Assembly (NCBI GenBank): GCA_964016885.1
Contig: OZ024746.1
Location: 85,064,001-85,128,000 of the forward strand
Length of the DNA stretch: 64,000 nucleotides
Direction: 5' to 3'
Origin: Eledone cirrhosa
Lineage: Eukaryota
The notes beneath the pieces are model-generated. The model did not search any database, was not told the DNA's origin, and saw only the letters and a list, made by a program, of their open reading frames with translations. Positions 27,913 to 42,862 of the stretch are shown here, in pieces. The position numbers and the translations under genes were made by a program. The number at the start of each line of letters is the position of its first letter. The stretch's first letter is position 1.

Positions 27913-28212
27913 TGTTGATGCTAGTTGACTATTGGTTTATTAGAGGTTTAGACATTAGTCAGTGCTTCATCAGAAGACCTCTGACCAACTGTGGCTTTCG
28001 TCTTGTGCATCTAGGATTATATTGATCAATACATCGTTACTTTTTAAAGAAATGTTGAGCGCGATTTGAGATAGAGCTGGCTTCTATTTTTAGCATGGCT
28101 ATTAATTAAATAGAATCTTTTTCATTAGCTTGTCATTGTGAAGTTTGCTGTAGCACCGAATCTGCATGAGTGGTTTTAATTTCTGGAAAAACAAACAAAA
28201 CCAAAAACTGCA

Positions 28213-28415
28213 TTCTTCTTCTTCTTCTTCTTCGAGTTGTGGAGACAGAGTCTTCAAACGTCTTCCAGCAGGTCGTGTGAGAAACAACCATCTCTAATTG
28301 ATCCAGCCGGATCTTCAAGCGAGACCAACCGAGCTCATGGATGTTATCCACCCCTCTTGCTCGGGGGGGGGTCTACACCTGGGTCTCTTGCCGGTTTATT
28401 TTTTCCAATGATTCT
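28213..28415 (-). pseudogene. 3' end of RTE-clade (Rex3/Expander-like) LINE with (GAA)n tail
   Basis: GKRPRCRP...DNIHELGWSRLKIRLDQLEMVVSHTTCW resembles GRRPRGRPRTRW.D.I..L.W.RLGI. Confidence 0.7.
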
Positions 28416-28903
28416 TTCCTGAGATATTCTATAAACTGGGGGTAATAACTACATTGATACAGCAAGTGTTACTGAAAAAGTCACGGAACTCGGCCTTTAA
28501 TTTATATCCCCTCCACGCTGAACACGTGCATTCAAGCCGGTCATATCTAGCCAGAATTTTCTCACCTCTTTCTGTTCAAACCAGTCGTAACCAGACACAC
28601 ATACTGATGTTAAAGTATTGTTCTCAAAATAAATAATATCTAAATCTCATGGATTCGATATTATGTGAGATAATTATGTGAGGTAAAGCCTTTTCTGTGA
28701 AAATACTATAATATATACAGAGTAATGTAAATGCTAAAGGTTTTTTTATTCTTTAGAGCAAAGGAGCAGTGGGAAGAGGGGGAGAGAAAGAGGAATTGCT
28801 AATGATTTTTAAAACTTTCCCCCCGAGACTGTTGAAGTGGATATGGTTGATGTCCATCAATTTCGTTTCAATCGACTAACTCCGGCCTCGCGTCATGTGT
28901 GTG

Positions 28904-28934
<31 letters not shown>

Positions 28935-29044
28935 AGCGAGTGTCTGTGTGTCTGTGTGTCTATGTGAGTTTGTGTGTGTGTGTCTGCATGTGTCTGTATA
29001 TGCGTGCATGTCTGTATGTGACTGTGCGCGTGTGTGTCTATATG

Positions 29045-29205
<161 letters not shown>

Positions 29206-29439
29206 TTGTGTGTATTTGTGTGTGTGTGTGTATTTGTATGTATTTGTGTGTGTGTGTGTTATACAATTTGCAGCTAGGATGCAAGCTGGCAGCAAATAGC
29301 TCCGTGAAATCATGTCACAGTTGCATAATACGCTCTTAAAACCTTTGGTCCATCTGGAATATCCTTCCTGTTTTCTCCATGGTGACAGAGGGATATTCCA
29401 CGTAGAACAGGAGAAATGAAGTTTGCATTATGCAACTAT

Positions 29440-29620
29440 AAAGTAAATTCAAAAAGTAATCGTTATCTATGTTACATCTGGAGTTCTACTACCCAATAAG
29501 TAAATTAATTACATGCTTAAAGTATGAAGAGAGGAGGCGCGCCATTTTACTCAAATTAAGAGCATTTGTCATTTAAAAGATTTGCCAACTTTACATACGT
29601 ATAAAAGCAGCATAAACTTT
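29440..29620 (+). pseudogene. Possible Tc1/mariner (maT-like) 5' remnant
   Basis: ttcaaaaagtaatcg TIR-like sequence, then EERRRAILLKLRA...FANF; weak. Confidence 0.3.
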
Positions 29621-29996
29621 AAAATGCTTAGAGCCTCAAAAAGACCTATTTCGGTCTTGATTGCAGCTTAGCTGTTAATTGTATTACGAGAAACTCCAGC
29701 AATCCAGTATTGAGTGCTCTCGCCACTTATATATGTTATGTAAGTATATATATATATCGGACCCCCCCCCCCAGTTGATGGATGTGAATCCGAAATATAT
29801 AGGGACAATTAAATCTCTCCCAAGGTAACTCTATCTCGTGTTATTATTTTTATCCTTTACACTCTTTCTTACATTCTTCTACACGCTACACATCTCAACC
29901 TACATTCACTTACATCTCTCTCTCTCTCCACCACCGGATCTTGTTACCCGCAGATTTACCCATCTGCATTGTTGAGGCTTCCAAAACGACCTAAAG

Positions 29997-30068
<72 letters not shown>

Positions 30069-30148
30069 GTGTTGGTGTGGGCGCCTGTGGTGTTCATATG
30101 TGGTCGACTGATGAGAAGGGACTGACAGATGTTTCGTTTGTTTTTCCG

Positions 30149-30178
<30 letters not shown>

Positions 30179-30183
<5 letters not shown>

Positions 30184-30365
30184 AAAAAGTATGACCCCGA
30201 CGGCAGAGCTCAAGCCATTTCGACGGCTATTTCTGGACTGAATAGCCGTCGAAACGGCTTGACCTCTGCCGTCGGGGTCATACTTTTGCCTATTTCCCAC
30301 TCTACTACCCTAAGTATTGAGTACTCTGGTGCGTTATGGTCCATCTGGTTCCTTACCACAATTTG

Positions 30366-30368
<3 letters not shown>
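30179..30368 (+). mobile_element. Family A copy with palindrome 30179-30293
   Basis: Alignable to 7372-7579; TA on both sides. Confidence 0.9.
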
Positions 30369-30429
<61 letters not shown>

Positions 30430-30905
30430 ATAAAAGCCAAGGTGTGTTTGTGGAAGACAGCAGTCTCCCTTCTCTACGCCACCGATGTTGTCTAATGGAG
30501 TTCTGAATTCAATCCCTACACCGTTTAACTTTGTCTTCATCCTTCTGGGGAATGGCCAACGAAATAAAGTACCAGTCAAATACTGAGTTTAATTTAATCG
30601 TCCATATCCTACACTAAAGTGGTCGCCTGATTATACTAATCTTAATATTAGTTTCCCCTCTCCCACTATCAATTAATCACTCAATCTAATAGCTCTCATT
30701 CTATCTATATATATATTTAGAAAGAAAGTTAGATAGATATACATATATAGAGAGAGAGATATCTATCTAACTTTTTTCTTTCTGTAAATTATTTATTTAA
30801 ATTAAATTTTTATTACTCCGTCTTTTTTCAAACTCTTTTTCCAATTTCTCATTCTGTCAACCCATATATCTTCATTTCCCAGTCATATAGCTGTGTGTGT
30901 GTGTG

Positions 30906-30956
<51 letters not shown>

Positions 30957-31030
30957 TTCTCTTTCTCTCTCTCTCTCTCTCTCTTTCCTGTTATTTTATT
31001 CTTCTTGTCTGTGCTTTTGATTACTAATTT

Positions 31031-31173
<143 letters not shown>

Positions 31174-31527
31174 ATGGGGAGGGTATTGTGGTGTTGTTAT
31201 TTTCCCTTTGATTTTTATCGCCATTTTATTTTCTGTTGTTACGATTGTCGACTGCTGACTTTGTATGAAAACATTTTTGTTTTACATTACGTATATTTTT
31301 GTTTATATAATTTCATTCATTTGTTTAGCTCTTTAGCTGACTGCTTGGTATTCTAATTCTCCGGTTCCACTTGTAACTATTCTAGTTTGCCATTAAATAT
31401 TAAACGATTTAAATCAGTAGATGCTTTATAGTCCGCCATATCTCATGGGTTACGTTTCGTCCAACACCTATTGCCATTTGCAATGCTAATCACAATCCAT
31501 CCAATTTACAACCCTACCACTATGTTG

Positions 31528-31603
<76 letters not shown>

Positions 31604-31989
31604 CTATCTCCCGCTCTCTCTCTCTCCCTCTCTTTCTCTCTCTCACTCTTTTTCTTTCTCACCTTATCTATCTATCTATCAATCTATCTATCTATCTACC
31701 TATCTATCTCTATCTCACATATTCTTTCTTTTTTTCCCTTTATTTATATTCATTATTTTTGTTAGTTTATTTATAGTGTTCGATCACATTCTCTTCCGCC
31801 CTGCCTCTATCATTCACACACAAACACAAATGCACGCACACGCGCGCACACACACACACGCGCGCGCGCGCACACACACACCCAAACATACATGCACATG
31901 CGCACACATGCACACACACACACACAAACATATATGCACATGCGCACACACACACACACACACACATCTTTTTCTTTCTTCCTCTCCCT

Positions 31990-32024
31990 GTATGTGTGTG
32001 TATGTATGTATATATATATACATA

Positions 32025-32073
<49 letters not shown>

Positions 32074-32224
32074 ATATATATACATATTTGTGTGTGTGTG
32101 TGTGTGTGTGGGTGTGTATGTATGTATATATATACATATTTGTGTGTGTGTGTGTATGTATGTATATATATACATATTTGTGTGTGTATGTGTGTGTGTG
32201 TATGTATGTATATATATACATATT

Positions 32225-32255
<31 letters not shown>

Positions 32256-32258
32256 ATT
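31990..32258. repeat. Minisatellite catattt(gt)n-atgt-(at)n, ~5 units
   Basis: Direct reading. Confidence 0.85.
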
Positions 32259-32943
32259 TATATATTCTACTCTTTGTCGGTATATCTATCAATGTTTTCC
32301 TCTTTCTTTTCACATGTCCCTGAACATACACACGCCTAATTAGTCACACACACTTACACACACTTACACACACTTACACACACTTACACACTATTTCTCT
32401 CTTATAAGTGCCATCTGTAATTTCAGTGCTGACTTGAACGTGGTTGTTGTTGTTATTGTTGTTGTTATTGTGGTTGTTGCTAGAGGTGGTGGTGGTGGTG
32501 GAGGTGGAGGTGGTGGTGGTGGCGATGGTGGTGGTGGTGGTGGTGGCGGTGGTGAAGGTTATAGGGAGCAGGGTCTATCTCTATATCTTCCCCTGCACCG
32601 TAACATCAAACACCACCATCAACGCCACTGTTAACTAAAACAACAATAATATCATTACTATCAACAGCAAAACATCCAGCATTATCACGATCAACACTAT
32701 CACCAATGCTACCACTACTACTATTAATACCACTATTACTACCACCACCACCACCGCCACCGCCACCACAACCGTAAATACTGTCTGCGACACCATTACA
32801 GACATTATCACTAACGCCATCGCCAATATTATATCCCCCACCTACCACCACCACCACAAACATGGCAAACACCAAGACAATACTGAAAACATCATTTATC
32901 CTGTTTTATTTTATCTTTTTGTATTCTTTCAAATTATTATAAT

Positions 32944-33296
32944 TGATTTGGCAGTATCGGTAGAGCGTCAGACACCACGCTTTGCGGTATAGAGTTATGG
33001 CCCTTTACGTTCTGAGTTCAAATCCCGCCGAGGTTAACTTTGCCGATAAAATAAAACACCAATAATTCACTGGGGTAATTGCTGGCCTTGTGCCAAAAGT
33101 AGAAACATTATCATTGGCAGTATCGGTAGAGTTACGTCCCTTTGCGGTCTGAGTTCAAATCCCGCCGAGGTTAATTTTGCCTTTCATCCTTACGGAGTCG
33201 ATAAAATAAAGTACCATTCATGCACTGGGGTCGATTTAATCGACTTTCCTCTCCCCCAAAATTGCTGGCTTTGTGCCTATAAAAGAAACCATTATT
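32944..33296 (+). mobile_element. Two tandem SINE S1 copies
   Basis: Two tggcagtatcggtagag heads, B boxes and tails. Confidence 0.9.
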
Positions 33297-34177
33297 ATTA
33301 TTGTTTTTGTTTTTGTTGTTGTTGTTGTTGCTGTTGTTGTTGTTGTTGATGATGTCGTTCAATCAGATGCATTCAGTTTGCTTTAAATTTTTCCATGTTT
33401 AACCTTTTGATACTCTCTTCTACTCCCACCTCACTTCTTCTACTCCCACCTCAACAGCGCCATCATTAATATCAACCACCACTACTATCACTATCATCAC
33501 CAAGACTTCGCACTATGTATTACACACTACACATAGATAGGCGTTCTCATATTTATACACGCACACAGTCACGAATAACAACGACACACAGTCTTGCAAT
33601 GATAACAATGCGTACGCACATTTATACATATATACATATGAACTCATATAAGTGCACATCTACACAGATGCTAGCATCCAATCACACTCCTATACATATA
33701 CCCTCATTATAAGGTATAGAAAACATGCATGCAAATATACACACCGGATTTACGTTTGCAAAATTTCCTTCACAAAGCAATAGTCAACTAGAGATGGTAG
33801 TACAAAACACATTCTTTGGAAGCAGTTCAAGGGAATCGAAGGTAGAACCACTTGATTGCAATACAAACGACTATAGCTCTAGCCAAGATGCTCTATATAT
33901 TCTAGACATGTCCCCTTGAACCGTCTGAGTCAATGCTACAAAAATAGAATGTATTCAGATAAAAATTAAAATAATATAAGTATTTCGCAGATTTCGGCAG
34001 AGAGCTTTGAAGTAGTAAAAGGTGTGCGGAATTTGAATTCTATCATTTCTTCCCTAACCGATAAATTTCCATTTCACATTCACTTGATTCCTTCCAAACC
34101 AACAAAAGATGTCTGACTGCCCACTAAATCTTTCCGCTTCACTGAAACGTGCACAATTGCACGAAACTTAAGATCTC

Positions 34178-34495
34178 ATGATCGAGAAAAAATTCTCATT
34201 TTCCATGAATATTTTTATATTCCATATTTATTAGTTAGATGTGCACTTTAGTTGGATTACGTAATTACTCTGAATTAGCATATCATTCTCAGTGGGCCTT
34301 TGTTCAATTAAACCCGACTTCGAGTTCCCAGTGAAATACTGTTTACTGCTATGGTAGTGCCATAGTATTTCAGTGTCACATGGTGTGATTCAAACAAAAA
34401 GAATATATATATATAACGGGCTAATGCATATGGAATATAAAGACAAAGAAACATAAAAATGTTCATGGAAAATGAGCATATCTTTTCGGATCGTA

Positions 34496-34497
<2 letters not shown>
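34178..34497. mobile_element. Tc1/mariner-type MITE candidate
   Basis: ~45-bp imperfect inverted repeats sharing ctcattttccatgaa(t/c)atttttat; right end abuts TA. Confidence 0.5.
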
Positions 34498-34528
<31 letters not shown>

Positions 34529-34832
34529 GAATATGAAAACATGGCATGCTGCGTGGTTGCAAATAGGTTACATATGAATAAATTTAGTCCTTCATCAGTG
34601 ATCTTCCAACCTTCATTGGTATTTCATCGCTTTAAAGACCATATACCTCCGGTTGGTGCGAGCAACGACTAAAAAAAGTCGTTGGGACACGTAAATAAGG
34701 GGAACGAGCGAGAGAGTAAACAATCAAAGATGGTAATGCAACGAAAAGTGAGGAAGATGGAGTCAAGTCCCTGAAATCGATGAACATAAGTTCTGTGAAA
34801 TCGTAGACGAGAGAGAATAAAGACCATCCGAC

Positions 34833-34907
<75 letters not shown>

Positions 34908-35015
34908 TTTATACTTATATATATACAATTATAAATACGTAAGGATAATATTTTGTATTACCCAATTACCAGTAAAAAAATTAGCTCAATGTAAATTATC
35001 TGATGTATTACAGAG

Positions 35016-35115
35016 CCGCCGAGGTTAACTTTGCCTTTCATCCTTACGGGGTCGATAAAATAAAGTACCAGTAATGTACTGGAGTAATTGTTGGCCTTGT
35101 GCCAAAAGTAGAAAC

Positions 35116-35120
<5 letters not shown>
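35016..35120 (+). mobile_element. 5'-truncated SINE S1
   Basis: Core and tail. Confidence 0.9.
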
Positions 35121-35181
<61 letters not shown>

Positions 35182-35183
<2 letters not shown>

Positions 35184-35368
35184 GAACGAGTAGGACCCCG
35201 ACGGCTGAGCTCAAGTCGTTTCGACGGCTAGTCCAGAATTAGCCGTCGAAACGGCCTGAGCTCAGCCGTCGGGGTCCTACTCGTTCCTATTATCCACTCT
35301 ACTACCCTAAGTATTGAGTACTTTGGTGCGTTATGGTCCACCTGGTTCCTTACCACATTTCCTTCGTT
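35182..35368 (+). mobile_element. Family A copy with palindrome 35182-35288
   Basis: Alignable to other copies; private substitutions mirrored in both arms. Confidence 0.9.
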
Positions 35369-35371
35369 ATA

Positions 35372-35468
<97 letters not shown>

Positions 35469-35890
35469 CACGTATTTGGAAACGTAGTACAATGCAAATA
35501 GAAAATATAATACTGGAATTAGGGTTGGGCAAAATAAGAAAAATGACAAAGCGAAACAAAGTTTTACCCTATATATTTCATATTTCAAGGTTAGAACTTC
35601 TTTTTCAAATGTTGAATGAAAACAAATCGGAGCGTCCTGTTCCTACGAGCGATTCTTGGCTGTGAGACTGTATATATAACCAACCGTCCCAAATCCCAGT
35701 CAAATGTAATACATATCATTTTGACAGCAGATGTTTTGCAAGTTTTATTGTTAACTGTGCTAAGTTTCATTCGTTAATGATTTGATTTTTAAGAACTTCA
35801 TTAAGCAAAGAGTAAACTCATTGAAATGAAATTCAACATATGTCTATTTTCAGATATCTGACCAAATGTAGAGAAACTACTTTCTCTAAA

Positions 35891-36030
35891 TATATTTGGG
35901 TAATATAAATGAATAAAAATAACTATTCGCATTTCGATATTCAAGGGAATATTATAGTGAATGTTATAATATTCCCTTGAATAGCTAAATGCGAATAGTT
36001 ATTTTTATTCATTTATATTACCCAAATATA
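35891..36030. repeat. 140-bp inverted repeat
   Basis: tatatttgggtaatataaatgaa... pairs with ...ttcatttatattacccaaatata. Confidence 0.9.
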
Positions 36031-36509
36031 TAGTGAATATTATAGTCCCATTTTTTCAAACGATTGTATATAGAAAATCAGAGTTGATTTCATTCTGTAG
36101 ATATAAACATTCATTTTTACTTAAGAGTAACGAAAACTTCAGATAATTTATAACAAAATCCAATAGAGTTATTTCCCCACTCTCTAAAATAAACCCATAT
36201 ATACATAATAAACAACATTCGTTTATATAATCGTTCAATACTATTATTCTTTCTTTACTGTTTTTTTTTTTATTGAGTTTTGTTGTTTTTCTCTTAACAG
36301 CCGAAATATATATTAAATGTAGGTTTTACTTATATATCAAAGATAAAATTCGCTGGATTATAGCATAAGCAATCATATTACGAGTTCATTTTCAAACGTT
36401 TTGTGATATGTCAAGGGTATTTTAAATCATATAAATATAAAAACATTCGATGTTAACTCTTCTATTGCTAAAAGCTGAAACTCTGATTAGCAATCGTTTC
36501 AACTACCGT

Positions 36510-36550
<41 letters not shown>

Positions 36551-36558
<8 letters not shown>

Positions 36559-36936
36559 ATGCTTTGGGAGGGTCATGTTGCCAATAAGAAACACACGCAC
36601 CAGTTGATTTCACTCCAATTTATTATAAATTAAATTTATAAATTTAAGAATTTATAAATTTTCGGGTGGTTGGTTGGTTCCATAACCGGACGGTTGTTCA
36701 TATATTGCCAAACTTCTTTCGTCACATATTCTGTGACCTCTTCAGTGACTGAACCAGCCAGCCAACCGGAAATTTATAAATTCTTAAATTTATAAATTTT
36801 ATTTATAATAAATTGGAGTGAAAGTAACTGGTGCGTGTGTTTCTTATTGGCAACATGACCCTCCCAAAGCATAACAATATCGGTTTCAACACACGTTTTC
36901 AGATAAAGAATCTTGCTAAACAAATTCAGAAACGAT
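36551..36936. mobile_element. Family B copy with ~130-bp inverted arms; HHR-like motif 36707-36749 (-)
   Basis: Arms 36551-36680 and 36751-36880; minus strand gtca-CTGAAGA-g-gtcaca/tgtgac-GAAAgaagtt-tggc. Confidence 0.85.
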
Positions 36937-36946
36937 ATATATATAT

Positions 36947-37255
<309 letters not shown>

Positions 37256-37353
37256 AAAAATGTAATATAGAAATATGGTTCTTATATATTTGATATATAT
37301 TTATCCTTATCGAGCCCTCTTTGGGTTTTAGTCTTCAAATTTATTATTATTAC

Positions 37354-37435
<82 letters not shown>

Positions 37436-38689
37436 TGCATGCGCGCTTATTCACCCCCAGACACTGTAAACTAACAAAACTGCATCCCGTGAAACTCTGA
37501 GTAAGATAAGGTCTGAATCATCTACTTAATACAAATAAATAGATTTTACTACATAAATTGAGTACACTATTTCTCTCGTTTGCATTTCTAAAACACGAAC
37601 TTCTATGTATGTATGTGTATACATACATATATTTGTATGTGTATATGTGCATGTAGGTGGGTACTTATACACAAGCACATATCAACCCATGCGTACACAC
37701 ACACACACTAACACGTAGACACTCACACATGCGTGCATATTCAATATTCATACTAGCACTTACACGATGCTTTGCTCCGGTCATCCTTCAGTAAATTTAA
37801 TTCTCTTTAACCGTTCCTATCGCTTCTGATTATCTGAAGAAGAGAGATTCAATATGTTGTTGTTTATCGTCAGTTGATCTAGGTAGGTGTTGGTGGGGGG
37901 GGGGGGTGAAAGTTGTGGTGGCAACGATGATGGTGGTGGTGGTGGCGGTGGTGGTGGTGGTGGTGGTGGTGGTGGTGGTGTTGGTGGTGGTGGTGGTGAA
38001 AGTTGTGGTGGCAACGATGGTGGTGTTGGTGGTGGTGGCGGCGGCGGCGGTTGTAGTTGTGGTGGCAGTGACGGAGGTGGCGGTGGTGGTGGTGACGGTG
38101 GTGGTGGTGGTGGTAGTGGCAAAGATGGTGGTGGTGGTGGAGACGGTGGCAGTTGTAGTGGCAGCGCCGGCGGCGGTGGTGGTTAGGATTAGGGTGGTAA
38201 TGGTGTTAGTGGCGCCGGTGGCGATGGAGGGTGGTGGGGGAGTTCTACTGAGATGGTAAGATTGAGAGAGGTGTGTAACTGGAAGAGTTACGATGGGGTT
38301 AGGGTGGGTTGAGGGTTATGAGATGGCGGCGGCGGGGGGAGTGGAAGTTTGAATCTACGGGGATATTCCGGGAATAAGGGGGCCGGGTAGGTCAGGGTGG
38401 TGATGGGGTGTTTGGAATGGAAATAGGTGGGATATGGAGGGAGGTGGGAGGTGGAAATGGGAAATGAGGAGGGGGTTGAAGTGGTTGTGATTGTGGCGGG
38501 GGTGGAGTGGGGGGGGGGGGCGATGGTGGGGGGGCTATAGATAAGAAAGAAGTACTGTGGAAAGGGAGAAGGAAGTGGGCAGAAGGGTGCTGGGTAATGG
38601 TAAGGGTGGTGGTTGGAAGTGTTGGTGGTCTTTGAGACTGTTATGTTGTGGTAACTACTGTGGTTGTGCTTATGGTTGTCGTACTGGTG

Positions 38690-40240
38690 TTGTTGTTGGT
38701 GGTGATGGTGATGGTGATGGTGGTGGTGGTGGTGATGGTGATGGTGGTGGTGGTGGTGGTGGTGATGGTGATGGTGGTGGTGGTGGTGGTGATGGTGATG
38801 GTGGTGGTGGTGGTGATGGTTGTAATGGTGGTGATGGTGGTGATGGTGGTGATGGTGGTGATGGTGGTGATGGTGGTGATGGTTGTGATGGTGGTGATGG
38901 TGGTGATGGTGGTGATGGTGGTGATGATGGTGGTGGTGATGGTTGTGATGGTGGTGATGGTGGTGATGATGATAGTGGTGGTGATGGTGGTGATGGTTGT
39001 AATGGTGGTGATGGTGGTGATGGTGGTGATGGTGGTGATGGTGGTGATGGTTGTGATGTAGGTGATGGTTGTGATGGTGGTTGATGGTGGTGATGGTGGT
39101 GATGGTGGTGATGATGGTGGTGGGTGATGGTTTGTGATGGTGGTGATGGGTGGTGATGATGATGTGGTGGTGGTGATGGTGGTGATGGTGGTGATGGTGG
39201 TGATGGTGGTGATGGTGGGTGATGGTGGTGATGGTGGTGATGGGTGTGATGGTTGTGATGGGTTGGGTGTTGGTGGTGATGGTGGTGATGGTGGTGATGG
39301 TGGTGATGGTGGTGGTTGTGGTGATGTTGGTGATGGTTGGTTGGGTGGTGATGGTGGTGTGGTGGTTGGTGGTGATGGTGGGTGATGGGTTGGTGGATGT
39401 GGTGGTGGTGGGTGGTGGTGGTTGGTGGGTGGTGGGGTGGGTGGGTGGTTGGTGGGTGTTGGTGGTGATGGGGGTGGTTTGGTGGTGGTGGTGGGTGTTG
39501 GTGGTGTGGTGGTGATGGTGGGTGGTGGTGGGTGGTGGGTGGTGGGTGGGGTGGTTGTGGGTGGTGGTGGTGGGGTGGTGGTGGTGGTGGTGGGGGGTGG
39601 TGGTGGTGATGGTGTGGTGGTGTTGGGGTGGTGGTGGGTTGGTGGTGGTGGGTGATGGTGGGGTGGTGGATGGGTGGGTGGTGGTGGTGATGGTGGGTGG
39701 TGGTGGTGGTGGTGGTGGTGGTGGTGGTGGTGGTTGGGTGTTGGTGGTGTGGTGGTGATGGTGGTGGTGGTGGGTGGTGGTGGTGGTGGGGTGGTGATGG
39801 TGGTGATGGTTGTGGGGTGTATGGTGGTGATGGGTTGGGTGGGGTGTAAGTGGTGCTCGTGGTGGGTGTGAAGTGGTGATGGTGGTGATGGGGTGTTGGT
39901 TGTATGGGTGGTGATGGTTGCGACAGTGGTGATGGTGGTGGATGGCGGTGATGGTTGTAATGGTGGTGATGGTTGCGACAGTGGTGATGGTGGTGATGGC
40001 GGTGATGGTTGTAATGGTGGTGATGGGTTGCGGACAGTGGGTGGATGGTGGTGATGGTGGTGATGGTGGTGATGGTGGTGATGGTTGCGGACAGTGGGTG
40101 ATGGTGGTGATGGTGGTGATGGTGGTGATGGTGGTGATGGTTGGCGACAGTGGTGCCAGTGGTGCTGGAGGGTGATGGTGGTGATGGTTGCGACAGTAGT
40201 GATGGTTGAGACAATGGTGATGGTGGGTGATTGGTGGTGA
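38690..40240. repeat. ~1.5-kb (GGT)/(GAT) low-complexity array
   Basis: Direct reading. Confidence 0.97.
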
Positions 40241-40609
40241 TGTTTGTGATGATGGTGCGGTGTGTGATTGTGATGTTGGTAGTGAGGATTTAGTATTTGT
40301 TTAGCCACAGGTCAACCCTGATTCAGTAAACCAATAAACTAAAAGCAATCCAGCCAATGTCGTCCTTTATTTGTTTTCCCTATATCCAAGGAACCTTGAA
40401 ACCATATTATACATCGTACGTTTTTTTTTTTAGGTATATTTGGCCTACAGTTTTCTAGCAGGTTCAGTAACCATGTAGAGGGCGTCACCGCATGGACGAG
40501 CTGATTGTGATGAGGTGGCTGGATAGTAGAGTACATTGGTGAGACGGGAAATTGAGTGTGTTTGGTGGGTGTAGCGGTGATGGAAATGGCACTGGTCTAT
40601 TAGAGAAAG

Positions 40610-40663
<54 letters not shown>

Positions 40664-41168
40664 GTGTGTGGTGTGTGTGTGTTGTGTGTGTGTGAGAGAG
40701 AGAGAGGGAGGAGGGAGAGAGAGAGTGAGGTAATAGGTTTCAGTGACAAAACCGTCAGAAAAAAGGGTGTTAATGTGGACTGGCAATTGAAACAATTACA
40801 CATGTGTATATACATGATGTGGTGTGTATATATATGTTTGTGTGTGTGTGTGTTTGTAAGTGTATGCGTATTTGTTTGCGCGTTTGTGTGCCCGTGTGTG
40901 TGAGAATGTGTGCGAGTGTATGTTGTATGCGCGTGTGTATATAAACTATCTATCTATCCATATATACATATATATATATATGTGTGGGGGGGGGGGTGTA
41001 TAAAGACAGAGAGAGAGAGGGAGAGAGGAGGAGAGAGAAAGAGAGAAATAAAGAGAAAGGGGGAGAAAGCGAGTGTGTGTGTGTGTTTTGTATGTGTGTG
41101 TATATAACTTATAACTATCTATCTGAGAGAGAAAAAGAAGAGAGAAAGAAAGCGAAAGGAGATAAAGC

Positions 41169-41292
<124 letters not shown>

Positions 41293-41855
41293 AAAACGGA
41301 AGGTAGAGAAATAAATATCGAGTCTATTGCAAAGCAAGGTCGTTGGAAAAGTAACAACAATTAGTAATAGGAAATAAAAATAAAACAGTTAAATAATAAA
41401 ATGGTAATCGATATAAATAAGAGAGAAAAAAAAAAATGTAAAATCAACTCAAGAACTGAAACGGGTGAGTTGTCAGAGATAAATGGTTAAAATTCCTGTA
41501 TTTTGAGTTGCTTGCTATGCATAATCTGTTACTGAGACTTTTATATGATTCGTTGTAAAATAAAGCACTCGATAGAAACGGTGGTTATAAAATAAAGAGG
41601 GTCTGGGGTGGGACGATATAAAACCGGGGGAGGAGGGCGAAATGTGAGAGAGGGGTGGAGAGAGAATGGTATAAATAAATGAAAAAGCAATAAACTGTAA
41701 GAACTACTTGAAATAAAACGAAATTTAAACAATTATAAAATATGAGGAAGAGTTTATGATGAATCGAGTATGATATATACACACACAAGCACACACACAC
41801 ACACGCGCGCAAAACACACACACACACACGCATATATATATACATATATATATAC

Positions 41856-41895
<40 letters not shown>

Positions 41896-41898
41896 TTT

Positions 41899-41933
<35 letters not shown>

Positions 41934-42667
41934 ATATATATATATATATACATATATAATATATATATATATATATATTTGTATATATATATATAATATA
42001 TGTATATATATATATATATATATATACATATGTCTATACTCTACTAATATATTGAGCACCTTTTTTTAACTGTGGTTTACCACCCGATACAAAACACGGG
42101 AATCTCTTTTCTCCTCCCCCCCCCCCCCCCCGCTCTCTCTTTCTGTGTGTGTGTGTATATATATATATATTATATATATATATATATATATACAGTATAT
42201 ATATATATTGTCATTTGTATAATTCGCGTTGGAATTTATTTGTCTGGAAGAATGTTTGAAAGACATATTTTCTTTTTTTTTTGTCGCTACTTACCTTTGT
42301 TGCTTATCTTTTTCCACCCTTCATTTACAGTTTTCATTCCTATATACCCCTTATACTTGACCTTACATACATAACGTTTTGTCTTATCTTACGTATTTTC
42401 ATACAGACCAACTTGAAATGAATGACTGCCTTGCGTCAGAAAGCTTCCGTACCACCGTCCCTGAATACTGCCGATTCGAATTCCACCCAAAACGAAAACA
42501 CACGACCACGCTACATTAATGTCTTTGCTTGCCTTGGCTAAACGTAAGAAATCAAATCTCACTCATATCACAGCTGTCCACTCTTTTTAAGTGAATATGT
42601 TGGGTGATGTAGTCCCTTGATACGGAAAAAAAAAGATGGCTATTGTTATGATTCGTACAGTTTAAGA

Positions 42668-42728
42668 TCGTAGATCTACGTTATCAGTCCGTAGATCTAC
42701 GTTATCAGTCGTAGATCTACGTTATCAG
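42668..42728. repeat. 20-21-bp tandem repeat x3 inside an S2 copy
   Basis: cgtagatctacgttatcag. Confidence 0.9.
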
Positions 42729-42862
42729 GTCGTAATCTGAAGTTAAACAAACAATAATAACGAGTCAACGAGAGAAACATCTATGCTATCGATCAACTTG
42801 CTAGAAACAACAGCCAATTTCCTCCCTCAAATTAACCCCTACCATCATAAATTTGGAAGAAT

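Noticed and set aside
34770-34810. tcGATGA-aca/tgt-GAAA motif
   Set aside because: Core damaged and no stem I/III
38641-40308. 555-aa and 514-aa extensin-like ORFs
   Set aside because: Antisense of the GGT/GAT array
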